Position numbers and translations under genes: made by a program. Shown piece by piece: positions 23,496 through 37,479 of a DNA stretch of 64,000 bases (within the stretch, counting starts at the first letter, position 1; each line of letters starts with the position of its first letter). The stretch covers positions 79,236,001 through 79,300,000 of the forward strand of contig OX597815.1 in NCBI GenBank assembly GCA_951406725.2, read 5' to 3'. Source of the stretch: Octopus vulgaris. Lineage: Eukaryota. The notes under the pieces are model-generated. The model was not told the origin of the DNA and ran no database searches. It worked only from the letters and a program-made list of their open reading frames with translations.

Positions 23496-24976
23496 CGCTA
23501 AAAGATAAAATATCTTTCTTTAGTATATTATACCTATATTTTTATATTTTATTTTATTTGTATAATGTGTCCTTTTAAACCCCACCAACATACCCATTCA
23601 AACTAATAATGTATTTTTTACTTGTCACTCTACCTGATAATTAAATATATTTTACTGCTGATGTATGCAAACATATACAGTACTTCTTCGTGTCCTACAT
23701 GCCTACAACCATGTGTGCATACCTAGATGTGGACCTCATATGTCATCTCTGTGTGTGCATATCTATTATTATTGTGTTTATTCACTGTATGTTGCCACTA
23801 ACATGTATTTTTTAATATGAACGTATGCACATATACGTATATTTCGCATACACACATATATATACTTATATTTTTTTATGTGTCTGTACTTATATCTATA
23901 TGCGTGTGCCTTTTTTCTCGCTTTGTACTGGTATGATTATGTATATTTTTGTACAGTGTTCCTTCCTTTATGTATTCCTTAATGAAAAAAATGGAATTCC
24001 TATATCTATGCATACTAATGTGCAGATATGCCTCTACTCACGTATAAGTAAATATACTAACAATTTTTTCCTTATAAGTTTTTATATGACACGGTGTATA
24101 ATTTTTTTTGAATACTTATGTGCACCCCTAAACTCGTAATTTCTCTTATATTCATAATACACAATAATCTACTATTACTTTATTATTAATACTAACCAAA
24201 TACCACTATATATACCTCTCACATTATGCCAAGCTGGTTCCTCACCTCATATTTTTATTTATACTTAAACATAGTTACATATCAATACATATAAATTAAA
24301 CCCTCTATTTTCTTTTTTTTTTTTCCAGCTCATTTATCTCTCCTACATTGTTAGTTATCCGTATTCCTACATGCAATAATAAATCCCTGAGCGCTCTTTT
24401 TTTATCTTTATAGCCCCAGCAAGTATTTACTATCTAAATTGTAATATTAACTATTTTTTCTGTTTTTACTTATTTTTCTGCCTTATATTTAATACATACT
24501 AACGAATATAGGTTCTTATGCAAACACTAGTGCATTTTACACATCTTATTCTCTCTAATATTTGTTTACGTTAACCACCCAGTAGCTCTTTAAACTCTAT
24601 CTCCTCTAGATTAATTTCATTCTTATGTATTAAAATTTTTTAAATTATATACCATACTAAGTATTGTTTCTAACTGTCAAGTCATATCTTAATTCAAATA
24701 TAGCCATGTCTTTCCACCGGACATTTTTCTATACAATCTTTTCCCTACGCGACTTATTTGGAGTTAGAATTTCTAATCTCTTAACTCATCTAAAGAGGGA
24801 CAGTCTCTGAAGCCTCTATTACTTATATTTTCAAATAACCGTTACTACCTTTAGCTTTAGTTAATACCTAACTGGACTCACATCTCTTTTTCTCATAAAG
24901 GTAAATATGAATCTCCTAGATCCTATTCTGCTATTTCCTTTCTTAAGTCCTTTGCAAAAATTTTGTTTATACTTCT

Positions 24977-25085
24977 TGCTCTGAAGAGTACAGTGATATA
25001 TAATTAATTTAATTTAATTTAATTAGTTCTATTCAACCATGAATTTGCATAATTGTTATATCGCTGGACGAAACGATCGTCTGCA
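24977..25085 (+). ncRNA. Type I hammerhead ribozyme (second pseudo-LTR copy)
   Basis: UGCU-CUGAAGA-GUACAGUGAUAU...AUAUCGCUGGAC-GAAAC-GAUC-GUC-UGCA; palindromic helix III ACGAUCGU; one mismatch each in helices I and II. Confidence 0.75.
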
Positions 25086-25301
25086 TGAATTAAAATTCTC
25101 TTATATATTTTAATATCTTCTCTTCTCCATTTTTGTTGAGTTTTATGGGATATATTTCTATAAATTCACTACACACCATATACAAGTATTATTTTCATAT
25201 TCGCAGATTTACGCCAGTAAGCTACCAGCAAAATATGAAGAATCTATATTAGAAATATTTTTTGGGAAACCTCCAAATTAAAGGACGAATCTAATTCAAC
25301 C

Positions 25302-25459
<158 letters not shown>

Positions 25460-25918
25460 ACAAAGTTTGGAAACCCCGCTTAATCACATGACGGCTACTA
25501 TACCGAAACTTCGAAAAGACTGCTACCCTTTTCCAAGTCAAAATAAAGCAAATCTGATACTCTATTGAAAGGTATTGAATGATCCTTCACTTTAATGCTT
25601 AAATGTTTTTTTTTTTATATATAAATGTATAACTATACATAAATACACATGCACACTTGCATACAGAACATCTAGGAAAGGTGCAAGAGTTGCGATCTCT
25701 GGAGGTTCTCCCAAACTGATAATATTGTTGCAAACAATGATCAATCCAAATAATAGCGTGGTATTGTCTGCAGGCAAAAGATGAGCAAAGAAGGAACAGT
25801 GTTTGGAATGAAAGCCTAGCAGCAGATCTAACTCTGTTAAAGGCAACAAAAGATCAAGTGGTGGTGTTAAACCAAATAATTGACTTATGTGATAAATATG
25901 CACTCATATGTGTACGTA

Positions 25919-27211
25919 CGAGGGGCGTTCAATAAGTAATGCCCCTGACCCACTTCCCATAGCAGTAGAGCAACGAAACTTGGCACAGTTATTAGTCTTT
26001 TTCTACATAGGAATCACCGAGAGTTACGCATTTCTCCCATCGTTTGATGCGGCTCTGGAGACCGTTTTTGTAGAAGAGCCCAGTTTGGTCCTCCAACCTC
26101 AACGTGACTTCAGAAATCAAGGCTGCAGCATCTGGGAAACGCTTTCCTTTCAAAAACAACTTCATGATTGGGAAGAGGTGAAAATCAGAGGGTGCAAGGT
26201 CAGGAAAGTAGGGGGATGGGGAGGAGTTCATAGTCATACGCCTGTGCTTCTGATCTGGCGACAAGCGAGTTATGGACCGGAGCGTTGTCCTGCAGGAGGA
26301 GGATGCCTTTGCTGATCTTGCCCCGCCTCTTGATTTTGATAACTTCTCTTAATTTCCTCAAAAGTGAAGCATAATAGGCTCCTGCAATTGTGGTACCCTT
26401 TGCCAGGAAATCTGTCATCACTACTCCGTCCTGGTCCCAGAAGACTGTGAGGATGACCTTGCCAGCGGAGGGCTGCACTCTTGCCTTCTTTGGAGGGGGT
26501 GAGTCACGGTGCTTCCACTGCATTGACTGGGCTTTGGTCTCTGGATCATCGTGATGGACCCAGGTTTCATCCTGTGTAATCAGTCTTTTGAAAAATTTTG
26601 ACTCATCTTCTTGGCAGATCTCCAAATTCACCCTCGAGCACTCGACGCGTTCTTGCTTCTGGAAAGGTGTGAGCAACCTGGGAATCCATCTGGCAGACAC
26701 CTTTTGCATATGCAAATGGTCATGAATGATAGTTTCCACAGACGACCCGGTAGTAATCTTGACCTCATGGGCTATTTGGCGAATAATTATGCGTCGATCT
26801 TCCAAAATGGCAGCCTCAACTTGACGGACAGATGCCTCATCAATGGCAGAAGGGGGCGACCAGATCTGGGAGCTGTTTCCACAGAGTTCCGACCATGTTT
26901 GAATTCACGATGCCAGCGTTTTACAAGGTCATATGATGGGGCATCAATACCATAAGTTACTTTCATTTCATCAAAAGTCTCCCGTGGTGTGCGTCTTTTC
27001 AAATACAAAAACCGGATCACTGCTCGACACTCAACAGGCTCCATTTCACACTTGACTCGGTTCAAACACCTGTAAATCAGAAACCACAATTAATTCAGAG
27101 CTGTAATTTGCCACTTACTCTATAGAGATATAGATGATTGCACATACAAAATTTCAGCAAGATCAAACAACTGCAAGTGGGTCAGAGACATTACTTATTG
27201 AACGTCCCTCG
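25919..27211 (-). mobile_element. mariner (DD34D) transposon, full-length copy 1
   Basis: TIRs CGAGGG(G/A)CGTTCAATAAGTAATG with TA flanks; transposase MEPVECRAVIRFLYLK...WIPRLL...TQDETW...QDNAPVH...PDLAPSDFHLF in three frames. Confidence 0.97.
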
Positions 27212-27387
27212 TACGAGTACATATATCCAGAAATATATATATCTATTTTAAAGATTTTTTTTCACGCGTAATCGCTTCAAATAAGTATACACAAAGGAAA
27301 TCTATTTATCGATCTGTGAACCAAACTACCTGCTAGCTACTTCCATACCTACTTAGCCAACTACATTTCTGTCTGTTTGTCTGTCTG

Positions 27388-27466
<79 letters not shown>

Positions 27467-27557
27467 GTCTGTCTGTCTGTCTGTCTACACACACAACCAC
27501 ACACACACACACACACATACACGCACTCACACACACATGCACATAATATATAATATA

Positions 27558-27627
<70 letters not shown>

Positions 27628-27717
27628 ATCGATTCAAATAAACAAACAATTCAAATAAACGACAATATGAGGACATGCATAAAAAATGTATTTGCTTGAC
27701 GCTCAGTGAAGGAAGAG

Positions 27718-27753
27718 AGTTTGACGTTTCGAGCACAGCTCTTCATCATAAAG
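27718..27753 (-). ncRNA. Degenerate minimal hammerhead motif (same family as 17810)
   Basis: UUU-aUGAUGA-A-GAGC-UGU-GCUC-GAAAC-GUC-AAAC; core C3 is mutated. Confidence 0.45.
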
Positions 27754-28005
27754 GGGAACAGGAAAAGTCCAAAGAAGGAAAAGAAATCACCAACGGCACA
27801 CGTGTAGTTACATATATATATTGGTTAACCTACATTACTCCGTAAGGAGCATAGGACCGGTTTCCTAGTTTTTCTGGTGTTTATATTCTTCTCTGGACGG
27901 GACGCCGGTCTGCGCAGGATTACTCTTTTTTGCCAGCTGAGTGAATTAATATATGTGTATGTGTGTGCGTGTTTAAAACTATCTGTCTCTCTATATGTAC
28001 GTACG

Positions 28006-28054
<49 letters not shown>

Positions 28055-28055
<1 letters not shown>

Positions 28056-28475
28056 TTTTACTGGTTTCAGCCGCCGCCATATGGCTGCGCTCATGCTGGA
28101 ACATCACCGTAGTCTTTCTGATTTTCTCAGCCTGGGGTGTTTCACATCACCACTCCTGTATGTGCCTTTTTCCTAGGTTCATTTAGTGTGTAAGGGAGTT
28201 TGATTCCGCTGCCCTCGTCTGCACCTCGTGTCGAACTGTTAGTTCATCCAGGATTGTGGAGAGGAGGAAGTCTAGTTCCTTTTTGAAGACATCTACTTCT
28301 ACCTTATGCAGATTTCTTCCTTTTTTTGAGCAGAGTATTGAAGAGCTGTGGGCCTTTGAACCTGAATTTTGAACCTGAATTTAGGAGTGGATGATACATT
28401 TGGTACAATACAACAGCAGTTAGTTCTGGCATTTGTATAACACTCAATGCCGAAATTAAGTACTAGCCCTTCTAG
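28055..28475 (-). mobile_element. LINE 3' fragment (family of 7675-8330)
   Basis: Shares GTATTGAAGAGCTGTGGGCCT and GTTCTGGCATTTGT..AA..CTC.ATGCC.AA, plus the same 3' tail. Confidence 0.8.
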
Positions 28476-28476
28476 C

Positions 28477-28529
<53 letters not shown>

Positions 28530-28530
<1 letters not shown>

Positions 28531-29412
28531 CGTATATACCCGAGTAATAGTCGATTGCATGTAAAATTTGAGCCCCTATTGTTAGCCCAAAAATTGGGAA
28601 TTTTCCATAGACCCCGTATAAAAGTCAACCCTAAAATTTCACGAACAACAGGACAACATTTGTGGGTTAAGGTAGCGTATCCTCCTGTCCGTGGAAATAA
28701 CACAGTTACAAAATTGTGTGGCTACTTTACTGTAGCCTACTCTATAGATAGAATACTTGGTGCTTATAATGGAATGCGCGGTGCTTATAGTAAAACACCG
28801 TTTAATAGCGAGCACTACAGACCTATTGATGGGTGCTACATCACCATTACTAAAATGTATGCACAGGATATGCTGCAAGCCTGCATGCATTATGAAGCAC
28901 AACAAAGACGTTTACGAGGTGAGAAACGTCTTTCACAGACAGTACCATCGGCGAACATTGGCAAACGCCAGTTTGAATTTGTACAAAGGCATGACTTTGA
29001 TTAGCCTAAAAAACATTCAAGTAATCGCTAGATCAGTGGCTCCCATGCGACCTTTATATCTTCCTCATCTCCAAATACAATAAACATATGCGTCATACAC
29101 TCGTCTGTTTACATGACGAGAAACATGTTTCAATAGACTTCGGTAAGCCTAAAAATATTTAGTTAATCGCTAGATCAGTGGTTCCCAAACTTTATTTTGC
29201 CGCGGAATCCTTTGACATTATTTTTAAAAACGTGGAACCCCTGATAACTTTCAGAGAACCCCGAGGTTTTGCAGAACACATTTTGGGAATCCCTGCTCCA
29301 GATTAACAACTCTACACCATATTATGGACATTTGCTGGTAACTGCACATGACATCCTACAACTTTTGTTGAAACAAGCCCCGTAGGTATCAGCTGTATGC
29401 ACCGTATTACGG
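28530..29412. mobile_element. Non-autonomous Tigger-like element with an internal hAT-type mini-element (29176-29295)
   Basis: Ends CCGTATATACCCGAG / TATTACGG|TA; internal TIRs CAGTGGTTCCCAAA...TTTGGGAATCCCTG. Confidence 0.5.
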
Positions 29413-29619
29413 TAAGTAGTGGCATGCCGGTACCGGATAGATATGTTACCGGTGGTAACATATACATGCACTGCATATACATATACATACAGTCATATAA
29501 TTATTTCTTTCTCTTTTTATTTATCCGTCTGTCTATCGCTTCGTATATCTACCTGACTGTTAATCTCTCTACGTTTATACATGTTTAACTACTTGACTAT
29601 CTATTTCTTTCTCCCGAAA

Positions 29620-30440
29620 GCAACATTTGACAGAACGGTAAGCCACAATAACAAAATGCTAGGGGATAGTGGATTTCATGATAAAATTATATTTATCCCC
29701 AAACTAAAACCCATAAAAAAAACTATTATCAATAACATATCCTATTTCTGCTCTCTATCTAGCATCGATGTAAAAATCTATTATTATCATTCCTAAAACT
29801 TATTCAGAAAATTTTCCCAAAGAATACAAGTATTTCAAAAATATTTAACTGGAAAATTTGAAACGTGCACTATAGTTGAATATTGGATCTGGAGAGCTAC
29901 ATCACGTATAGGAAATGCTCCAAACCATATAACAAACTCGGGAACCCGCAAACTAATTTCATAGGCATTCATCAGCAGGCCTACAGAAATTCTGTTAATC
30001 TGCGAGACAGGAGAGATAACAGTAGTTTGTAAAATTGAGGGTTACTTTCTGTCAGTAATTTATGTAAAACCAAATCCCCAGACCACCGAGCCATTGTCTC
30101 AGTTCCTCAAACACATGTAACCCCTAAATCATGTACTCGAATGTGCGGGAGGAGTTTCAAGAACCGCTACTTAAACCTTAAGTACACCTTTAATCCGCAA
30201 AAGAAATGCTATAATAGTCTTATGATGCTTGAAAGATCACGGCATTGATAACTTTATTGTCAGCTGGTCTATAATGAACTTTTGCAATAAGTACATTTTT
30301 TTGTATACTACAATCTCTACGATTACGAGAAGTACTTCATCTTCACTGAAACAAGAGATACGTTAAAAGAATATAGAATTAGAGATAATTTCTTAATACC
30401 ACCAGGGGAGTAATTAGTAACTTGTAAGTTTTAAATAAAA
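29620..30440 (+). mobile_element. Highly degraded Penelope-like RT/GIY-YIG region
   Basis: Fragmentary motifs (QKIFPK..KIFN; SFKNRYLN; ITLLSAG; EKYFIF..) appear in PLE order, with many lesions. Confidence 0.45.
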
Positions 30441-31099
30441 CCACTGTGTACAATTAAACGTAAGCGACCACACAATTGTGAGTATGGAAATCACAGCACA
30501 TCCGCAAGCCAAAGATGAAATGAACACAAAGTTAAACCACACCGATAAAAACGTCTAGACACTCGAATAGCCAAAAACTAAGATTCAATTATTTCTCTGT
30601 AACCATGTACAAAATGGAACTGAAACGGAAGGGATGTCGACTCTTGACGGTAGATGATATTCAGGTAGAATTTGCAGGCGGTATGGAATGGCTTTCAGGA
30701 AGAGGATATCTACAGTGGTCCTGAGGCGTGGGAAATGCGATATGATGACAGAGTATATTTGAAAAGGATCTTTACAAAGAGGATTTTACTCCAATATTTA
30801 AAATAGGAAATTCATTATTTGCTGACGTATCCAGCAGGTCATGCCTTCGTGCGGATAGCATTGTAAATAGTTTTTGCAACTATGACTCAAGAGTAGATAA
30901 TATCTTGTAGACATTTTAGGGCTAGTACACGAAAATATGGCGGCATCTTTATCTCTCTTGTTTATGAGTTATTTTGTAGCTATCCTATGTTCTGTTGGCG
31001 AAGACATATTCTTCTATGCGGAATGAAGGCATATTCTTCTAGGTGGGGTGAAGGCATATATCGGTCTCATAACGTTCGATCTAGCAACACTGCGGGGTT

Positions 31100-31883
31100 C
31101 CCATTTACGGTGTTGCCACATCAACGTACCCTAGAGCTTCAGTTCAGCATTAACCACGTGGCGTTAACAGGTGAACTGTGAGTGCACATTTTGCGAAGAG
31201 ATTTTGTTTTGTGTGTTCTGAAAATGAGCGAGCACAATTACGAGTAACGCTGTGCGATCAAGTTTTGTTTCAAACTCGGATACAATGCCACACCGAAACT
31301 TACACAAAGCTTCAACAGGTTCACGCGGAGACTGCTTTATCAAGCTCACAGATTTTCAGATAGTTCAAAACCTTTTTTTAGAAGACCAAGAATCCGTTGA
31401 AGATGACCCACGATCAGGAATGTCATCAACTTCAAGAAATGACGAAAATGTGGAACGAATCAGAAACCTCGTGCAATCTGACCGTCTGTTAACCGTCAGA
31501 TTGATTAGAGAGAAGCTGAATTTAAACCACACGACCTTTCATTAAGTTTTTGACCAATTTCTGTGCTTTCGATCACAGAATTGTCCTTCAGACCCCGTAT
31601 TCGCCTTACGTGAGTCTGTGTGACTTCTTTCTCTTCCATGATTGAAAATTCATCTCGAAGACCATATTTTTGGCACGTTGGAAAAAAAAAAGCTGAGACC
31701 GACTAACTTAAGGCCATTTCGATTCCTGAGCTCTAGCATTGCTGTGGAGAGAGGGATCAACATTTTGAGTGCTGTGTGGCTTTCAGAGGGAACTATTTTG
31801 AAGGAAACAAAGTTGATTTGTAGTTTAATTGTAAATAAAAGTGCTTCCTGAAAAAGTCTCTTTACTTTATTTATAAACCTGCT
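31100..31883 (+). mobile_element. Internally deleted, degraded mariner
   Basis: RCAIKFCFKLGYNATETYTKLQQV...ESVEDDPRSG..STSRNDENVERIR..VQSDRLLTVR; PYSPYVSLCDFFLFP. Confidence 0.85.
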
Positions 31884-31890
31884 ATACACG

Positions 31891-31937
<47 letters not shown>

Positions 31938-32314
31938 TGAGTAAAATATTGCACGGAAAGACGATGAAGGAACATGCAGAAAACAGAAAAAACACACAAA
32001 GTACGTGAACTCGTTCATACCTCATCAGTTATCGACCAAAAATCACAGTTTCGACACCTAGATACCTTATCGATAACATTGTTCAATTTGGTGGCGTCAG
32101 CAGGAAAACGCTGCTGAGGGGGTATGAATGAGCGAACATGAAGGAGAGAATGAGACAAGTTCAAATTCTGCCGTGGTCGACTTTTCATCCTTTCGGGGTC
32201 GATAAATCAAGTACCAGTTTCGTACTGGGGTTGATTTAATTAACTGGCCCTCTCCCCAAAAATGTCGGGATTTGTGCCTAGAGTAGAAAAGAATGAGACA
32301 AGTACAAAATAAGA

Positions 32315-32387
<73 letters not shown>

Positions 32388-32820
32388 GTATGTATGAATG
32401 TATGTATGTACGCATGAATATTTTTGTTTGGTCGTTTGTTTGTTTGTTTGTTTGTTTGTTTGTTTGTTTGTTTGTGTGCGTGTGTATGCGCGCGCGCACG
32501 TGTGTGTGTGTGCATGTGCGTGCGTTTGTAGATACACACATGGACATTATGAATACCTATTGTTTGTCTGAATTATGAATCGCACCGAAGAGAATTCCAG
32601 ATCTCTGATTGGAAAGCAAAAGAGAAACGGTTACTGGGTGGATCGGTGATAGAAATACGAGTAGCAGGGTTGGTTATAGCGGTAGTGGTGGAAGTGGGGA
32701 AATATAGCTTCATGGCAGATCTGCCTACTTAGTTAAGTCATTGATTAACATTGGTCAACTCTGCAATCATCGTCAACCACGCAACACCACTCCCTTCCTT
32801 AGCAACCGGTTCTCTGCGGC

Positions 32821-32876
<56 letters not shown>

Positions 32877-32967
32877 GTAGGGGGGGGTCAGAGTATCACA
32901 GTGTAAGTATATATGTATTGTATGAGAGTATATGTATGTACGTATGTATGTATATATAACGTACATC

Positions 32968-33002
<35 letters not shown>

Positions 33003-34063
33003 AAATTATATACACGCGCATATACGTACATAAAAATGTATGTGTATATATAGCTATTTATACATATGTGTGTGCGCACGCGCGACTGAATGTATACATA
33101 CAAAAACATGCACGTGCACGCACGCAGACACTCACACACACATACATACACACACACACACATACAAAATAATACATGTGTGTGCTTGTGTGCGCGTAAT
33201 ATAAGAGAAAAAGGAGAAAGAGATAAATAAATGCTGAGAAAGGCAGACTCTTGTCGCAAAACCAGACGACACTTTAGAATACTGAATCACTAAATCAATC
33301 AATCAATATATTAATCAATCAGCAGTCTTATAACTTTAGAATAAGCAACAAAAAAAAAAAAACTAATAATAAATATCGAAGAGAATTTTTCATGAGTGGA
33401 AAATATTTTGTTTCAATGACAGCAAAAACAAAAACAAATAGCATGAGCAACAGAAGAGAATTGCATTCTGGGATTGACCTGTTCATTCAGCGAGTGATAT
33501 AGTGTTTCTAACTCATTACGTACGTTCACTGATACGTACGTGCAGGAAATCGTTTCTTCGGTGTAACATTTTAGACACAAATTTAAGTTTTTCAAAGAAA
33601 CATATTCACACAAACCCACACACATATACAGTCATACACATCACACACTTTTTTTGTTTATTCTCACACGTACATGCACACACAGTTGTTTGTAAACACA
33701 CACATATACATATATTTTTACAAGAGCAACATAAGCGTGTGTAAACACACATTTGTGCAGTAGTATATATATACATGTGTGTGCATAATTTATAGGCATG
33801 TGTACATGTAAATATAATTATAAATTCGCATATAAAGACTATGAATCATACTACAAATGATTGCTGTATAGATGCATGAATATTATTTACCTTCAATTCA
33901 AGTTAATACACTTTTGTTGTCAGTAAATACAAAACAGTCATAGCGAAACTTAGTAAGAGGAAGACAAAGCAAGGAATATAACCATTTTGTGCATACATAC
34001 ATACATACATACATACATACATACATACATACATACATACACACATACATACATACTAAATAC

Positions 34064-34094
<31 letters not shown>

Positions 34095-34232
34095 CATACA
34101 TACATACATACATACATACATACATACATACATACATACATACATACATACATACTTACATACATACATACAAACGAACAAATATACATTTATTAATATT
34201 TCACGAGTCAGTCTCTTCATCCCGAACGAAAC

Positions 34233-35469
34233 ATGAGTTACGCCAAATTCCGGGAAAATGGAGAGTTCTCAGATATTACCATCTGGGTTGGTAACACAGA
34301 ATTTAAACTTCACAGATTTCCTTTGCTAACCAAGTCCGATTACATTTGCAAGCGTGTGAGGGAATTGTCTGAAGGAATTATTGGAAACGTTCTAAGTTTA
34401 GAACTGAAAGACTTCCCGGGTGGTTCAGATGTATTTGGTCTTATTGCAGATTTTTGTTATGGAATCAATATAAGTTTGATCGTCGATAATGTGGTTGAAC
34501 TTCGACTGGCAGCAGCTTACTTGGAGATGATGGGTACAGATAATTTAATCGAAATGACTGAAAAATTTATTGAAAATATGGTAATGTCTTCAAAGATTAG
34601 TCGGTCTGCTGACACTATCATTAAGCTTTTGCAGAACTGTTGCAACGTCAGGGAAATGGCCGAGGAAATAGGTTTGGTTGATAAATGCACGGATGCACTG
34701 GCGAGATGTTGGTCTACACCTCCGACAAGGTTCAGCAACCCCAATCGGAAGAAACTGATCGATGTATATGACAGTGGCGTTGTTGAACAGTTGTATGAAT
34801 TACCCATAGCTTGGATAATTAAAGTTATAGCATGTGCCAAAGAGAAAGGGGTCCAAAAAAACTGCTTGTCTGAGCTGATACTGTCACTGATGCGCCTTGG
34901 AATGGAGAACAGCTTTGTTGAAAAGGGAGATTTCGAGAATTTGAAGAAAAATGACGATCAATCAGGAAAACCACACATAGTTCGTGACTGCGATTTAATT
35001 AGAGACACTAAATATGTTAATTCCGAAGAAAACGAACCTGGACGTATCAAGCGTAGTACTATTGTGATGGCTACCATGTTGGAAGAACTACCCCCAGAAA
35101 CATTTGAAAATGATTTCTTTTCTGTAGATAATATTCTAACAATTTTGCCTGAAATAATTTCCTGTGAACCCCAGCAAAGACAAGCAGTTTTGAAAAAAGT
35201 GATTAGTCCACTTTTTAATCGGTTATCCTCAGGCGAAATATCCCTCATAAATCCAGATGTAATGTATGGAATTGTTACAAGTTCCTTTGCAGCAGATCCG
35301 TCGATGGTGAATGAACTTTGCAAAATTATCAATGTTTATGTGATCGAAAGATCACAAAGGAATAGTCTGAAGAAAGAAACATTTAAGATGTTGCTCACTT
35401 CCATTCCGCTTGTTCATCAACCCAACTCCGATAAGATTCTAGAGGTCTTGGAATGTCTGATCGATTCAG
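34233..35469 (+). CDS. BTB/POZ + NPH3-domain (NRL-like) protein, coding exon 1
   Basis: 1237-nt open exon with SDITIWVG.TEFKLHRFPLL.KS, DFPGG.DVF.LIADFCYG, NVVELRLAAAYLEM, AEEIGLVDKCTDALA and EQLYELPIAWIIKVIACAKEKGV; phase-1 donor TCAG|GTAAGA. Confidence 0.93.
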
Positions 35470-36211
35470 GTAAGATTACAGTTTTTAACAAAATTAATGC
35501 ATCAAAAAAAAAAAAAAAACTGCTATTCCTGGTCATTTAGACTTCGAGAAATAATAGAAACTAGTCATTTAACTTTGTGGACGTTGCATGATGTTGATGT
35601 ATGCCATTATTGTAGCAGTAAATTCTTTACGAGTTGAGTCAGTTTTGGCTCCTTGAAAAAATCGTTTCAGTTTGAATAGATATGAATGTTATAATACCGA
35701 ATCCTATTTTCTCTTCATCTATATTTAAGTTTATATCTTCTCTAAGAAAACATTCTTTTACAGGGGTACTCTTTATTTCTTCCCAACGAAACTTTTCAGA
35801 AATAGCTGATCAAAAAAGCATGTAATCAACCCTTCTTTGGCGGCACAGTCGATTACATCGATTTTATCTGGTCCCAACCCCATTACTTGAATAAGACCTT
35901 ATCCTATTGAGTTCATAATGATTATTGCAAACTCAGAATGTAAAAAATCATCAGTTACTACATATTGTCAGGCAATTTGTCCGACGTTCTACCAATTTTG
36001 CTTTTCACTGACCTCGCTAATAATTATGTTTTCGAAATGGTAGCCAAACCTCCCTCAAATATACACCTTGCTATCTTAAAGAAAGGACACTTGGAACAAT
36101 CTATTCTTGGGTTTCCTGGACAGAAAAAAAAAAGATGGTCATGGGTAGAATATATTTGATCATAAGTTACTCGCTTAGGACTGATGCGCGGTGAAATAAA
36201 AATAGCATGCA

Positions 36212-36296
<85 letters not shown>

Positions 36297-36299
36297 ATG

Positions 36300-36376
<77 letters not shown>

Positions 36377-36804
36377 CGTATCTGTCAAGACCTACCAAAA
36401 ACTGAGCAAATATAAAGATCTTGAAATAGAAATCAGCAAAATGTGGAACCTAAAGACTAAAACAATACCTGTTGTCATAGGTGCTCTGGAAATGATAGCG
36501 AAAGGGGCTGATTGCTACCTAACTCAGATACCAGGAAACCCCAAAATGGCAGAAATTCAAAAGATAGTGCTCATGGGAACTGCTCATATCCTACGCAAAA
36601 TACTCTCTATGTAACCTCAAGGTTTAAAACAGACAATTTTTTTAAAATTTATTTATTAGACATTCACTAGTACAACGCCCCCAAAAAGCCCAAATATATG
36701 GCACACTAGGCATAACAACAACGTGAACTTCCAACCTGTTGTCTCTTGAGGTCTCTGGGTGAGACTTGGAGCCAACTTGTACAAACATAAAGCAAAAGTC
36801 AAAC

Positions 36805-36901
<97 letters not shown>

Positions 36902-37053
36902 TATAATAATAACAATAATTAATAATAATAATAATAATAAATAATAATAATAATAATAATAATAAATAATAATAATAATAATAATAAATAATAATAATAA
37001 TATTAATAATAATAATAATAATATTAATAATAATAATAATAATAATAAAAATA

Positions 37054-37115
<62 letters not shown>

Positions 37116-37140
37116 ATGATAATAATAATAATAATAATAA

Positions 37141-37196
<56 letters not shown>

Positions 37197-37268
37197 TAAA
37201 TAATAATAATAATAATAATAATTAATAATAATAATAATAATAATAACAATAATAATAATAACAATAAC

Positions 37269-37303
<35 letters not shown>

Positions 37304-37475
37304 TAACAATAACAATAATAATAATAACAATAACAATAACAATAACAATAACAATAACAACAACAACAACAATAATAATAATAATAATAATAACAATAAT
37401 AATAATAACAATAACAATAACAATAACAATAACAATAACAATAACAATAACAATAATAATAATAATTATAATTAT
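36212..37475. repeat. Large (ACT)n/(AAT)n/(AAC)n trinucleotide field
   Basis: Directly visible; interrupted by a LINE fragment. Confidence 0.97.
36377..36806 (+). mobile_element. R4/Dong-clade non-LTR retrotransposon 3' end (restriction-like endonuclease)
   Basis: KLSKYKDLEIEISKMWNLKTKTIPVVIGALE...IQKIVLMGTAHILRKILSM*, then a 3' UTR; both junctions lie in (TAA)n. Confidence 0.85.
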
Positions 37476-37479
37476 TTCT

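Larger units (their letters stand above)
22025..25295 (+). mobile_element. 5'-truncated Penelope-like element with inverted pseudo-LTRs
   Basis: Inverted arms of about 260 bp (22025-22292 versus 24927-25183), each with a hammerhead; GIY-YIG C-terminus remnant at 22275-22475 (DFSISWKIL...CRLCLEESYII...LVNARNERVSSCKHMTKFLF); long AT-rich 3' region carrying two inserted SINEs. Confidence 0.8.

Noticed and set aside
34233-35469. Plant DNA contamination as the source of the NPH3-like exon
   Set aside because: The exon is embedded in host-type microsatellites and joined by canonical introns containing the same mariner and SINE families as the rest of the window.
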